A stretch of 64,000 bases of DNA. It comes from Octopus vulgaris (Eukaryota). The translations under genes and the position numbers were made by a program. The notes beneath the pieces are model-generated. The model did no database searches and was not told where the DNA came from. It worked only from the letters and a program-made list of their open reading frames with translations. Shown here piece by piece: positions 12,256 through 26,014 of this stretch. The stretch spans positions 146,754,001-146,818,000 of the forward strand of contig OX597818.1 of NCBI GenBank assembly GCA_951406725.2. Direction: 5' to 3'. How positions within the stretch are numbered: the first letter of the stretch is position 1; the number at the start of each line of letters is the position of its first letter.

Positions 12256-13328
12256 TAACTGGGCTGCGATCACAGAAGGATTTTAGTCGATTTTATCAAC
12301 AATAGTACTTTGTATAGAACTTATTGTATCGATTTATTATCGACACCAGATAAGGAGGAAGTCTACTTAGTCCTTACGGAGTGTAAACGTTGCACATCGA
12401 AATAACTGCAAAGTATTTTCGTTCGACGAGCCGATATATGTTTTATCATCGACATCGGTGTATATATGCACACAGCGAAGAGCATACTTTCAAAACCAGT
12501 TATATGCTTTTGAGTAATTGTTTGAAACAACAACTAGAATATATCTGATTTTGATTGGAAGGCTAAGATTCGCCTACTGTCTATATGGCATCTATTCCAG
12601 TTTGTCTGGACAAAATTTCACGTGCATGAAGCCAACAGATTGAAGACTGTGTTTTAATGGTTATCATGAAATCGACAAAATTTGCACTTATACCGCTTTT
12701 GAAAGTAAGCTCCTCATTATGTACTTTCCCGTGCTTGTACGCATCGCGCGTATGTTTATTATACTCATTAGCCTTCAATAATACGTTGGTCTACGATTCA
12801 CCCTTACGCAATTAGAGTACAATTACATCAAATCAAGCCTCGTGGATGACACCTGCCGCATGGGAAAAGCGAGAGCGGGTGATCTTTCGTATGGGGTGGG
12901 TGTGGATACCTGTAAGTATGTGACTATATACGATCAAACATGATGCTTACTTAAGAGAAGAAATCTAATGACATCGCGTTGCGGGTACTAGAATTCATTT
13001 ATAAATAATTGCAAACAGAGTAAAAACAAACATCGCGGAACATCATTTGATTAACTTCTACCGACAATAATGTAATAGTAGCAAAAGTAACAGGCGAAAC
13101 ACAACTCTACCAGCCCCAAGTTTGAACTGACGGAGGAAAATAACGCCTACGGGCGTTACTTTCCTCCGCCAGTTCAACCGAGCATGAGTAAGTTACAATG
13201 TCATCAACTGATACTACTTGACACATTCTATATGTCCCTCAGAAAGTACCGTTTATGAGGTCATTCCATGATGTGCTGATATCCCCCAAAAACATATGCA
13301 TGCAAGATAAACACCGCCACCGACGACA

Positions 13329-13560
13329 GGCGGCGAGTTGGCAGAATCGTTAGCACGCCGGGCGAAATGCGTAGCCGTATTTCGTCTGCCGTTACGTTCT
13401 GAGTTCAAATTCCGCCGAGGTCGACTTAGCCTTTCATCCTTTCGGGGTCGATAAATTGAGTACCAGTTACGCACTGGGGTCGATATAATAGACTTAACCC
13501 GTTTGTCTGTCCTTGTCTGTCCTCTCTGTGTTTAGCCCCTTGTGGGTAGTAAAGAAATAG
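13329..13560 (+). mobile_element. tRNA-derived SINE, family B
   Basis: ggcggcgagttggcagaatcgttagc head, B box gagttcaaatt, core gcctttcatcctttcggggtcgataaa; repeated at 12061, 16489, 43999, 47445 and (minus) 53870. Confidence 0.85.
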
Positions 13561-14244
13561 ATATATGCATATGAATGTATTTTGTGTGAAAGAGTAAGTT
13601 GCATGTATTTGTCGCTATACATACGCTTTTTACAAGTGTGTGAGTGCATGCGTATGTGTGTGTATACATGTATTTACATAAATATATGCGAGTGTGTATG
13701 TGTGTGTGTGCCCGTGTGTGTGTCAGGTGCTTGTGAGATCTTTCATGAGTATTACTGGTACCATGGAATCCAGTACAACTTGTTGCATAGTAGCGTTTGG
13801 GTTGGTTAAACTGGCACTCCCTGAAATCTTCTGTGTGCGAAACTTATTGTTAAATTCAGCTCAATTGGATTTATAATACTGTGTGGTATAAATAGAAATA
13901 AATCCCACTCAGTTGGCAAAGTGCTTGTCTCTTTTGTTGCTTTTTTCTGGTGTATAAATTCTTAGACGATGTATCTATCTATCCATCTATCTCTCCATAT
14001 ATGTGTGTGTGTGTACGTATGTATGTATGTATGTATGGATGGATGGATGGATGGATGGATGGATGGATGGATGGGTGGATGGATGGATGGATGGAGGAAA
14101 TGAGATGACAAATGAATGATCGACCATCCAATCAACTTTATTAGCTTACAGCTGTTTCTGTTATAAGTTGCAGTGGACACATTGCTGAATGCCTCATTAC
14201 TTGATCGGGTCCGCAAATATAAAGTGCAATATATTCGGGAAAAG

Positions 14245-14369
<125 letters not shown>

Positions 14370-14378
14370 ATACAGAAA

Positions 14379-14435
<57 letters not shown>

Positions 14436-16177
14436 AGAAAAAGCATTACTAATAAAGCAAACACCTATGTAGGGGATGGAAACTAGGGGGTCTCTCTCAA
14501 AGATAGTGTAGGAAGAAAATGAGTATATCCAGATTTGGATAAAGAACAGTTAAAAAAATGTATACACGCATACACATACATATATATACATACATATACA
14601 TACACTTACGTACATATGTATTATGTATGTGTGTGTGTGTGTATGCATACACGTATATGGTTGTATATATAAATATATGTGCGTATGTATGTATGTGTGT
14701 ATGTCTGTTTGTGTGAGTGCGTGTGTGAGTGTGTTCGTGCATTAAAAAACACAGCAAGGAAAGAGAAAAGAAAACGTATGTGCGCACGTATGTATGCTTT
14801 ACTGTGGTGGTAGTGGTGAATAGTATTTGCGGAGGTGAAATTCTCGAAGATAATCAACGAAATTATCTGATATTCTTGTTCCGGCAGATCTCTAATATAG
14901 GAATTTTCAACCTACTCAATGGGAGCTGATGAGTGTGGGGTCTGAACTATTTCGATATAATTCTGAATAATATTACATTTTTTCCCCTCTCCTCACACTA
15001 GCACACTTTGGTTTACCACACATGCAACAGAACTAACAGGATTATAATATGCATGTGTGTGTGTGTGTGTGTGTGTGTGTACTCGTGTTTCTGAATGTGG
15101 GTATGTATAAAAATAACACACAACGCACGTAGCTTTAATAACGGTTATTTGATATACTTATTTCAGGATTTTCTCATACGCATGCACACACACACACACA
15201 CGTGTGTGTGTGTGTGTGTGTTCATTATAGAAATGAATATCGTATATTTTTTCGTACAAAGCTCTATCAAAAGCTCCTGCAAATTGCTCAATAAACGTGA
15301 AAGGAATACAGGTTTAGATTTCAGGTATAATTTATTAAGATGACCCAACGTGAACGTCATCTTGAAAAGGAAGTGAAATTCTATTACGAGTGGGTGTATG
15401 CGCGTATATATTCTTTTATTCGTTTGTTCTTTTGTTCTTTCACTTGTTTCACTCATTTGACTGCGGCAATGCACATCTTTGAAGGTTTTAGTCTAAAAAA
15501 TCAACCCCAGGATTTGTGTTTCTATCGCTCTCTAATGCCGAACGCTAAGTTACGAGGTGGTAAACACACCAACACCGGTTGTGAAGCGGTAACCGGAGTA
15601 CAAACTCAGGCACAAATACACACACACACATGGGTATATACATATACATATAATTATATTAGAGTGTACACGAAGCACCAGCTTCTTAGAGAGTGGAAGT
15701 AAAAACTCCCAGCTTAACCACCAATTTTGCACTGAAAATATGTAAGGAACCACCAGAAATCGGACAAACAAGTGGAATTTTATTTCAGCTAATTAGATTT
15801 GCCGCTGACGATAATAAAAATATCTTTACGAATATTTATTTTGAATATTTACTTATTCTTATATATATATTATGTTTTGATTTGTTTTGAATTTGGCGCT
15901 GGACTATTCAAGACGTAACGGATTCCAACGAGGCGAGATAGATTTTTTCCATTTTAGGTACAGCAAGACCCGCTGAAGAGAATTGAGATATTATCCAGAA
16001 TTCGAAATACATATAGATATATATATGTTTACGTCTACCAAATCTACCTATTTTGCTCGCCCCTAGGCTATAGTAGACATTCACCCAAAGCGACACGCAG
16101 TGGAACTGAACCCGCGACCATGTGATTGGGAAGCAAGCTTCTTACCACACAGCCATACCTGATATATAGATAGATAT

Positions 16178-16239
<62 letters not shown>

Positions 16240-16344
16240 CGACAGACATATATATGTGTGTATATATATATATATACATACATTATATATACATATACAT
16301 ACATTATATATACATGTATATACACACGCATACACACTGTGTGT

Positions 16345-16406
<62 letters not shown>

Positions 16407-16488
16407 CAAATAATACTTATAGAATCCATTCAGCCACACGTGAAAAAAATTCACTCTACTTACAGCCTTTCAATATTTATTCATTTGA

Positions 16489-16710
16489 AGGCGGCGAGTT
16501 GGCTGAATGGTTACGGTGCCGAGGACAATGCTTAGTGACATTTCGTCCATCTTTACGTTCTGAGTTCAAGTTTCGCCGGGGTCTGCTTTGCTTTTCATCC
16601 TTTCGGGGGTCGATAAAATAAGTACCATTTGAGCACTACGGGGCCTACGTAATCGACTTACACTTTCCCCCGAAATAGCTGGTATTGAACCAAAATTTTG
16701 AAACCAATAT
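16489..16710 (+). mobile_element. tRNA-derived SINE, family B
   Basis: Homology to 13329-13560. Confidence 0.8.
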
Positions 16711-17458
16711 TTATTCAATTTGCGAATATATACGATTAAATCCAGGAAGCAGAGAGATTGCTTCTTAGAGTTTTGTGAGAATGTTGTTAGGGTTATGATT
16801 CATTGTGAGAGGTGTCTGTCAATTCTATCGCATTGACGTCAGAAGACGTTCTGACGCAGCGGCTTTGCGTCTTGAAACAAGCCAGAATGGGGAGCGGTGA
16901 AGGTGAACGATGAAATCGATAGATACATACTTATTTCTGTTTGCGTGTATGTATTTATGAATATATGTATGTATATAAATGTGTGCATGTATGTATATGC
17001 ATACACGTATATACACACACGCACGCACATACATATATATATATATTTAAACATATACACATACAAATATGTACACGAACATAATATGCTAACATAGTTA
17101 TATATATATACACACATATACATATACACATATATGTGTGTGTATATATATATATATGATTAATTAATAAGGGTGAGAGAATTAGATACTAATTTAATAG
17201 TATATTTATTCAACACCAAGTGGCCTAGTGCTACGAGAAACCTGGATTATTATAATATTTTATAACATATAATATTTTTACAAAATAAATATAAGAGAGT
17301 GGTCACTATATTGCTCACTCTAGCACCAGTTAATCCAAAAGGTTTCAACCACGAAAATACATGGGGCATTTGAATTATAACGTCGGATGTAATCAATTGA
17401 ACCACACGCGTATTTATCGTTATGGTAAAATCTGGCGTGTGATTGAGTGGATTTCATC

Positions 17459-17553
17459 CAGATAGTCTTGGCTGACGAGCTACAAATGGATTTTTTGTAA
17501 GTAAAATTACATTTAATTCATTAATAGCGAAACAATTGTCCCAAAATAATCTG
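17459..17553 (+). ncRNA. Type I hammerhead ribozyme (unit 1)
   Basis: Stem I cagatagtcttgg/ccaaaataatctg, CUGACGA at 17472-17478, stem II gcta..tagc, GAAA, palindromic stem III CAAUUG, GUC cleavage after 17540. Confidence 0.85.
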
Positions 17554-17992
17554 TATTTTTGTTATTTTTTATTTGCCCTGTCCGTGTGAGCTAACAATCG
17601 TACTGACTTTCATGGGAAACATGTATTTTCGTGGTTGAAACCTTTTGGATTAACTGGTGCTAGAGTGAGCAATATAGTGACCACTCTCTTATATTTATTT
17701 TGTAAAAATATTATAATATGTTATAAAATATTATAATAATCCAGGTTTCTCGTAGCACTAGGCCACTTGGTGTTGAATAAATATACTATTAAATTAGTAT
17801 CTAATTCTCTCACCCTTATTAATTAATTATAATTATGCTGCATTTATTTCTAAATGCTGTATTTGTTTTCCGTGAAAGTTTGGCGCGCTGTTGGTTGGGG
17901 CATTTGAATTATAACGTCGGATGTAATCAATTGAACCACACGCGTATTTATCGTTATGGTAAAATCTGGCGTGTGATTGAGTGGATTTCATC

Positions 17993-18087
17993 CAGATAGT
18001 CTTGGCTGACGAGCTACAAATGGATTTTTTGTAAGTAAAATTACATTTAATTCATTAATAGCGAAACAATTGTCCCAAAATAATCTG
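17993..18087 (+). ncRNA. Type I hammerhead ribozyme (unit 2)
   Basis: Same sequence as unit 1; predicted cleavage after 18074. Confidence 0.85.
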
Positions 18088-18526
18088 TATTTTTGTTATT
18101 TTTTATTTGCCCTGTCCGTGTGAGCTAACAATCGTACTGACTTTCATGGGAAATATGTATTTTCGTGGTTGAAACCTTTTGGATTAACTGGTGCTAGAGT
18201 GAGCAATATAGTGACCACTCTCTTATATTTATTTTGTAAAAATATTATAATATGTTATAAAATATTATAATAATCCAGGTTTCTCGTAGCACTAGGCCAC
18301 TTGGTGTTGAATAAATATACTATTAAATTAGTATCTAATTCTCTCACCCTTATTAATTAATTATAATTATGCTGCATTTATTTCTAAATGCTGTATTTGT
18401 TTTCCGTGAAAGTTTGGCGCGCTGTTGGTTGGGGCATTTGAATTATAACGTCGGATGTAATCAATTGAACCACACGCGTATTTATCGTTATGGTAAAATC
18501 TGGCGTGTGATTGAGTGGATTTCATC

Positions 18527-18621
18527 CAGATAGTCTTGGCTGACGAGCTACAAATGGATTTTTTGTAAGTAAAATTACATTTAATTCATTAATAGCGAAA
18601 CAATTGTCCCAAAATAATCTG
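18527..18621 (+). ncRNA. Type I hammerhead ribozyme (unit 3)
   Basis: Same sequence as unit 1; predicted cleavage after 18608. Confidence 0.85.
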
Positions 18622-19032
18622 TATTTTTGTTATTTTTTATTTGCCCTGTCCGTGTGAGCTAACAATCGTACTGACTTTCATGGGAAACATGTATTTTCGT
18701 GGTTGAAACCTTTTGGATTAACTGGTGCTAGAGTGAGCAATATAGTGACCACTCTCTTATATTTATTTTATATTATATTATTTATATATATATATATATA
18801 TATGTATATGTATGTATGTATATATATGTATGTGTGTGTGTGTGTGTACATAAATATATATATATATATATATTTATACATGCATATATATATATATATA
18901 AATATATAAATATATATACCTTTGCATGTGCACACACACACACACAATGCGTGTTTTTCGTTATGTACACGTGTCTATATCTATGTCTATGTATATATAA
19001 GCATAGACAACAGTGTCTGTAAGTTTATAAAC

Positions 19033-19070
<38 letters not shown>

Positions 19071-19222
19071 AGGTATATATATATGTGTATGTATAGGTAT
19101 ATATATATATGTGTATGTATCTATGTTTATAAATGTGTGTATGTGTTTGTTTGAGTATGTAAACATAACAGCATCTGTATATACATGTAATGTATATGTG
19201 TATATACCTATACATTTATCTA

Positions 19223-19285
<63 letters not shown>

Positions 19286-20078
19286 CGGCACATACTCACA
19301 AAGAGTGAGTGAAAGGAAGAGAACACAGAATATAATGTAATATGAAAAACAATGAAGAAACATAATAAATAAATGAATAAATAAACAGAGAAAATGGAAG
19401 CATTAGGGATATGAGTGGTGGTGGTGGTGGTGGTGGTGGTTGTCGTCGTCATTTTCGTGGTTGTAGCCGTGGTTAAATTTAGCGAAAGATAAAAGAGTGA
19501 CAAAAGGAAGCGAATAGTAGAATTATAGAATTGAAACAACAGTGAATAGAATACGATATTAATTGTGGACATGGTAAGAGAGATGAAGCGTCTGAATATA
19601 AAATAAAGTAAAATCGTTTGAGCAGAGAAAAGAAGCAACAGAATAAAAAGAAAATGGCGGCTACGGAGGAAATAAGTTGGAAATAATTTTAATACGTTAT
19701 TCACCTGAATTATTTATGGGCTTTTTTCTAACTCTAATTTATCATTTACTTATATATTTTACAGTAATTTCCATTTTATTTTTGGAATATTTCCTGTTCT
19801 TTATCTTAAGAATTTATAACCAGCAGGAATGGTTGAAGGAAATGTAAATAATAATATTAAAAAGAAAGTAATACAGATGCCTTGTTATTTAATCTATCTA
19901 CCGAGATAGCCATCTATCGATGTAGTTATATGTCTTTCTAACTACCGTAATGCGAATATTCGCATTAGCATCATGAACGATAAAAACACTTGAAGCCATT
20001 AGAATCTACGATGATTTTTAGTTTGTAAAAAGATTTTTACTGTTCTTGTATATGTTGTCGTTGGTGATTTTACGCTTG

Positions 20079-20119
<41 letters not shown>

Positions 20120-21081
20120 TTATTTTTTGATGTTTTGTTATTGTTTCCCAGGGCCCTCGATGTTGACTGTGTATCTGCATATGTATGAGCTGGTCTGACC
20201 AAGTTGTTTTTGAGAAAGACAAGCAATTACCCATACATGAAATATCTCCCCTTCTCTACGCCGCCACTATTATTCTACTAAAAGGTTTCCAACTGGAGCA
20301 AATGCAACTTGGGACCAATGTCGTCGCAGATGTTGCTGTCAGAGCCAAAACAAATACGCAAGGCATCTTGTCCCATCCTTCAGGAGTTCGGTCAACCCGT
20401 TGCCCTAGACTGGTACATTTTTATCGACCTCGAATGGGTGAACGACAAAGTTGACTTCAGCTGTATTTAAATGCAGATCACAGTGAGTCGGAACAAATAC
20501 CATCAGATATTGAATTCAACGTTCTAATGAGTCTGTCGATTCACTGTCTATCGCCACTGTATCATCTGGCTGCAAATGTGTGTGGAAAATAAATTCCGAG
20601 AGACTCTGAAGATAAAACATCTAAAAAATGCATTCTGCGCCAATCTCTCTGTTTTTTTTTTTATCTCTTAGTCAAGAGGGAATGCAGTGCCCCTGACCGT
20701 CTCAGTGTAACCGAGACTGGTGAGAGTAAAGGAGGAAAGTATTTTCAAATCAGTGCCCAATCCCGAATGCTTTCAACAGAGTGAAAGGTCCCCAAGACAC
20801 CGGCTGGAGGTGTTAACCCAGTCGTTGGCGAGAGCTAGCTTTGCCTTACACTGCTGACACTGGTTCTGCTTAAGAACTACGATAAGACTACACATGACTG
20901 TGGAATATTCGGCTACTTATACGCTAAGTAGGCCGTTGAGTTGGTAGATTATTTTAAAACATTCATCGTCGAAAGTTATGGAGATCCACTTTTTACCATT
21001 TAAGTTCTAAGTCCAAACTTGATGATGGTTTGAGTCTTTAGGAGGCCGATAAACGTGGTACTAAGCATGCTACACTCACAT

Positions 21082-21127
<46 letters not shown>

Positions 21128-21369
21128 AAACACGCACACACAAGTTTTGTGGAAGTATTAGAAAAGGAGGATGGCTGTGAATGTGTAAGAAAAGGAATTT
21201 GTCCGTGTTTAGAGATAGGTATATGAGAGAGCGGTGTGTATGTGTGTGTTGGTGTTTTGGGAGTGTGGATGTGAGTGCAGAAGTGTGCAAATGCGGAAGG
21301 TGTAAAGGCATGAGTTGGTAGCGGTATGAAGTGTTGGTTTATGTGTGTAATCGCTAAGTGTGCGTAACG

Positions 21370-21595
21370 TACGGGCCGGTTTCCCGGTTTCCCGGTTTTC
21401 ATGGTGTATACATTCCCCAGCTGGATGAGACGCCAGTCCATCGCGGGGTTACTCATTTTTGCCAGCTGAGTGGACTGGAGCTGCGTTAAATGAAGTGTTT
21501 TGCTCAAGAACACAATGCGTCGCCCACTCCAGGAATCGAAACCACAATCTTACGACCATAAGCTCAACACCCTAACTACTAAGCCACGTGCCTTC
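21370..21595 (-). mobile_element. tRNA-derived SINE (family D head with a different tail)
   Basis: Minus strand ggcacgtggcttagtagttagg...ttcgattcctgg...tccagtccactcagctggcaaaaatgagt; tail ccgggaaaccggcc shared with the 6395 copy. Confidence 0.75.
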
Positions 21596-22379
21596 ACAAG
21601 TGCTGTGGTGGCTGTGATGGAAGTGTATGCAAGGGTATGGGTGTGAGACGCTGGTAACAGAATGAAGTTATGAACGGAGGAGCGAAAGTGGGAGTAAAGA
21701 TGTGAGTTCAAGAAGAGAATGGTGGGGGTGAGGAGATGTGAGGGTGTGGGGGTGACAGAGAGAGAGAGTGAGAGAGAGAGAAAGCGAATGAGTTTGTAGC
21801 AGGTGTGAAGGGCAGCTGTCAAGTAAAGTAGGAGTGTCGGAGAGAGAAGTGTGTCAGTGTGTGAGAGTTCGTATGTATAAATGAGCGAGAGTACGTCTGT
21901 GTGTGTATGTGTGTGTATATGAGTGTGTGTAGAGGGAGGCGTGCATTATTTTGCCGGTGTATTGATGGCGTGTTATGTGTGTATGCGTGCCAGAGACAAA
22001 ATGGTAGGAGAATGGTGACAGATGTGTGTATGTGTGGAGATATACTTGGGCGAATATTAAGACCAAATTCGTATATATCAAGAAGACAGTGTGTTTGGAT
22101 ACGTGTGAACGTGCTGGTCGATGTGGGCGTAAAAGATGGTTGAAAACCTCAGAATTGTGTATGTATGTGTGTAAATAGAAGCTGTGAAGGTGTGTAGAAA
22201 GGTGGTGAGACGAAGCATGTGTGTATGTGAAAACAGTGTTGATGAGTTAAGGATGTATACGTGACTGTAAGGGTAGTTTGGTGTAGGATATGCGAATAAA
22301 GTGCACGGAGCGACGTGGAAGAGAGGCAAAGAAAAACAGAGCAATGTATGTATAGTGACAGAGCATGCAGGGAGAAAAA

Positions 22380-22835
22380 ATAAGAAGAATTAAGGCGTAT
22401 AAGCTTGCAGAGAGGAGATGAGCTCTTGTTCCCGCTGGAGGCGAGTGATGGTGGTTCCGACGTCGATAGCCATGCTGAAGACAGGGGTGTGTTGGATGGT
22501 GGAAACAGGGTGGCAAGGTGGTAGGTAAAAGAAAAGGAGCGCAGTAAGTGAGATTCCGGACGTGGGGTAAAAGGGATGAGGTACTAACAATGGTACGGGT
22601 GCAGGAAGGAGTAACTTGGATAAGGGTGCGTAAGTAACCACATCGAATAACTACGCCATATATTGAGCATAGACCTTGAAGTCGTAGATACTATTGCAGA
22701 GGCGTTGGAGACGGAGGAAAAACTGGAAACGTGGGGATGGAGCACTCACTGTGAGTAGGTTGCGAGGAGGTAAGTCGCGGTAGGAAGAGAACTCAAGGTA
22801 GAAGAGAAAGTCAAGACATAGGTTAGAGTTGGTGA
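22380..22835 (-). mobile_element. Penelope-like element remnant, highly degenerate
   Basis: Across frameshifts reads SIP..SQ.FLRLQRLCNS..DF (PLE RT C-terminal motif) and RLQREQELISSL (GIY-YIG C-terminal helix-like). Confidence 0.55.
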
Positions 22836-22984
22836 GTTTCTCTTACATGTAAAACATGGGTATATGTGCTTGTGCGCGCGCGTTGTATGTATTTATGTAT
22901 GTGTCTGTGTGCGAGTATGCGCATGCTCATGTATGGAAGTAGATAGATAGATAGAGAGAGAGAGAGGTAAATAGATAGAGGAAG

Positions 22985-23033
<49 letters not shown>

Positions 23034-23034
23034 T

Positions 23035-23121
<87 letters not shown>

Positions 23122-24643
23122 TGTTTCTTTATTAGCCACACAGGGCTGCACACAGATAGAACAAATTACAAGGTAGAGCTTTTCTTTTGAAGGTAAAAAA
23201 AAAAAATTAAATTAAAAAAAATAAATAAATAAAAAAATAAATAAATAAATAAATAAAAAAAAAAAGGAAGGGGGAGTTTCGATCAAAAGGGATCGTAAAA
23301 GGAGAGAAAGAGGACAAAAAAAAGGGGGGTTTAAAAAAAAGGGGGGGAGGAAAAAAAAAAAAAAAAGAAAAAATTGATCAATAGGGATCGTTATCACAGA
23401 AATGTCAATATGAAGTGTAAAGGGGAGGACAGGTGAGGTTTACCCGTGGAAAGAAAAGCCTACGGAAAAGACCACGGTAACCTCGGTCAATGAAGTCACA
23501 TTTTATATTTCTTTTTTTTTTTTTTTTTTTTTTTGCAAATAAGCAACTCTCTGTTTTCGATTTCTGGGTTCATAGGACTATGCTCAAGGTGGCTTCGTCA
23601 TTCATACGTGCCATTCTTGCTACATCCACCCATCTTTTTTTAAAACATTCGCTAGACAAAACTTGCCTCTCTACTCTCACTTTCCTCTTCAAGTGGTACT
23701 TGAAGAAGTTGATGAGAGATTGACCAGAGAGGAAAGTGTTTGTCTCCAATCCTTTCAGACGCGTCCACCAGATACATTCTTTCGCCATAGCCACAAGGAT
23801 GATGAAAATAGCTCTTCCTTCCCGTTTGAAGGAAGGAGGCGTGACAATATTGACGATAGACTCAGCTGATAAACCGACTCGTCCCACACGTGACAGCAGT
23901 TGTTCGACATAAGCCCACAGATCGGAAATTGTTGGACACTGAACGAGTGCGTGCAGAACGGTTTCGTCGCTCTGACCGCATCTCGGGCAGGTCGGCCCCG
24001 TGTTTCTCGAGCCGTGTCTGTAGAGCTTATCCCGAACGGGTAGCGCTTCTCGGTAGCACTGCCAGGCCAGGGATCTCTGGAAGTTGTCCATGGGCCCTGG
24101 CCCGAAAGTCGTCCTGAACAGGCGGGTCAGGTACTCCTCGTCGACGTCCAGGTTCGCCCCGAGCTCGTCGTCGTACCTCCCCTCCACTAAACCCCTATAG
24201 AATGCTTTGGTTGTGTTGAAGTCACTTAAGGTCGACCCAGGACGGCAGAGTTGCTTGAGAGCAACGCGACACTCGCGGTGCCATTCGCCCTTCCTCGGCC
24301 TCTTTTTGATCCACGACTGCAGTTCGGTCATGGAGACGAGCTGCGGGAAAGCGTGCCTCACAAACGGCGACCACACCTGTTCACCGTCGTCTACATAGAG
24401 CCAGAGATGCCGCAGTCTCAGCGCGTGTCTGCGCATCATCAACCACGGCCAGCCCAGCCCTCCTTTTAACGGGTGTTGACAGCAAATGGATCGCCTGACC
24501 ATCGGGACGCATCCTTTCTACAAGAAGCGAAAGAGGATGCGTTGTAGTTTGGTGATGGTAGGGTCGGGACAAGGTACGACGGTCAGGCGGTAGTAGATGA
24601 CGGACGCGATGTACGTGTTCGCCACCTCCGCTCGACCTTTTAG

Positions 24644-24644
<1 letters not shown>
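23122..24644 (-). mobile_element. Tx1 copy, 5'-truncated (post-RT region, zf-RVT and 3'UTR)
   Basis: ORF 23570-24502 homologous to ORF2 of copy 1; TAG at 24518; AATAAAGAAACA-(TATC)n end; (GATA)n at 22940-23121 and 24645-24930. Confidence 0.95.
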
Positions 24645-24700
<56 letters not shown>

Positions 24701-24701
24701 T

Positions 24702-24813
<112 letters not shown>

Positions 24814-24817
24814 GTAT

Positions 24818-24912
<95 letters not shown>

Positions 24913-25424
24913 TGGATAGATAGTTAGATAGACAGACAATCCACATGTAAACTCATTTTTTTCGCTGGTTTCAGCCTGTTCACCGTGGTCATGCTGGAGC
25001 ACTGTTCCAGTGAATATTGTGGCAAATAAATTGATAATAATGCTAATTTGGCAACGTGGCTGAAGAGTTCCATGGAAATGCGTAGGATGCAGATTGAAAT
25101 GCCAGTTGGTGGGTGAAGGTAGACATTGAATAGGATAGTGTAGGAAGCTAGTTGAAGCAGGGGGGGGGAGTTGTGAATGGAGAAAGAAATTAAATGGAAT
25201 ACAACAACACTACTAATTTCTTCCAACAGTGAAATTGAAGAATTTGCTTCAATAGCGACAATGCAAACTAAAAAGAAATTTAAATAATTGCAGAGAGAAT
25301 GTAAAACAATGAATGGGAAGAAAGAACGAAAAAAAAAAAAGAAACAGAAAGACGGATGGAAAGAAAAAAAAGAAACTGAGAAAGAAATCAAAGAATACCT
25401 AGTTAACTTAGCTAGTTATCTAAC

Positions 25425-25614
<190 letters not shown>

Positions 25615-25708
25615 GGCAGGCAGGCAGGCAGACAGACAGGCAGGCAGGCAGGCAGACAGACAGGCAGGCAGGCAGGCAGGCAGACAGACAGATAGATAGG
25701 TAGATAGA

Positions 25709-25976
25709 TTTCTTTATTAGCCACGCAGGGCCGAATACAGAGGGGACAATACAATGTGGAACTTTTCTTTTCGAAAGAGAAAAAAAAAACACTATCAAAA
25801 GGGATCGAAAGCGTTTAGGAACGTGTAAACAGCGGAATAACAACGTTCCGTTTATAATAGTTTCCAAAAGGTGGACTAAAAATGTGATACAGATTAGGTC
25901 TATCCGTGGAAAGAAAAGCCTGCGAAAAAGACCACGGTAATCTCAAGCAGGGAAAGAAACACATGAGAGCAAAGCG

Positions 25977-26014
<38 letters not shown>

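Larger units (their letters stand above)
17159..18769 (+). mobile_element. Retrozyme or non-autonomous Penelope-like element: inverted leader plus 2.6 tandem 534-bp units
   Basis: Units start at 17363, 17897 and 18431 and are almost identical; 17159-17363 is the reverse complement of 17620-17827 (3-nt indel); flanked by (TA)n; no ORF. Confidence 0.88.

Noticed and set aside
12581-12915. Possible host exon(s), similarly 50700-51050
   Set aside because: No recognisable protein motif or convincing splice pair; cannot be supported without RNA data
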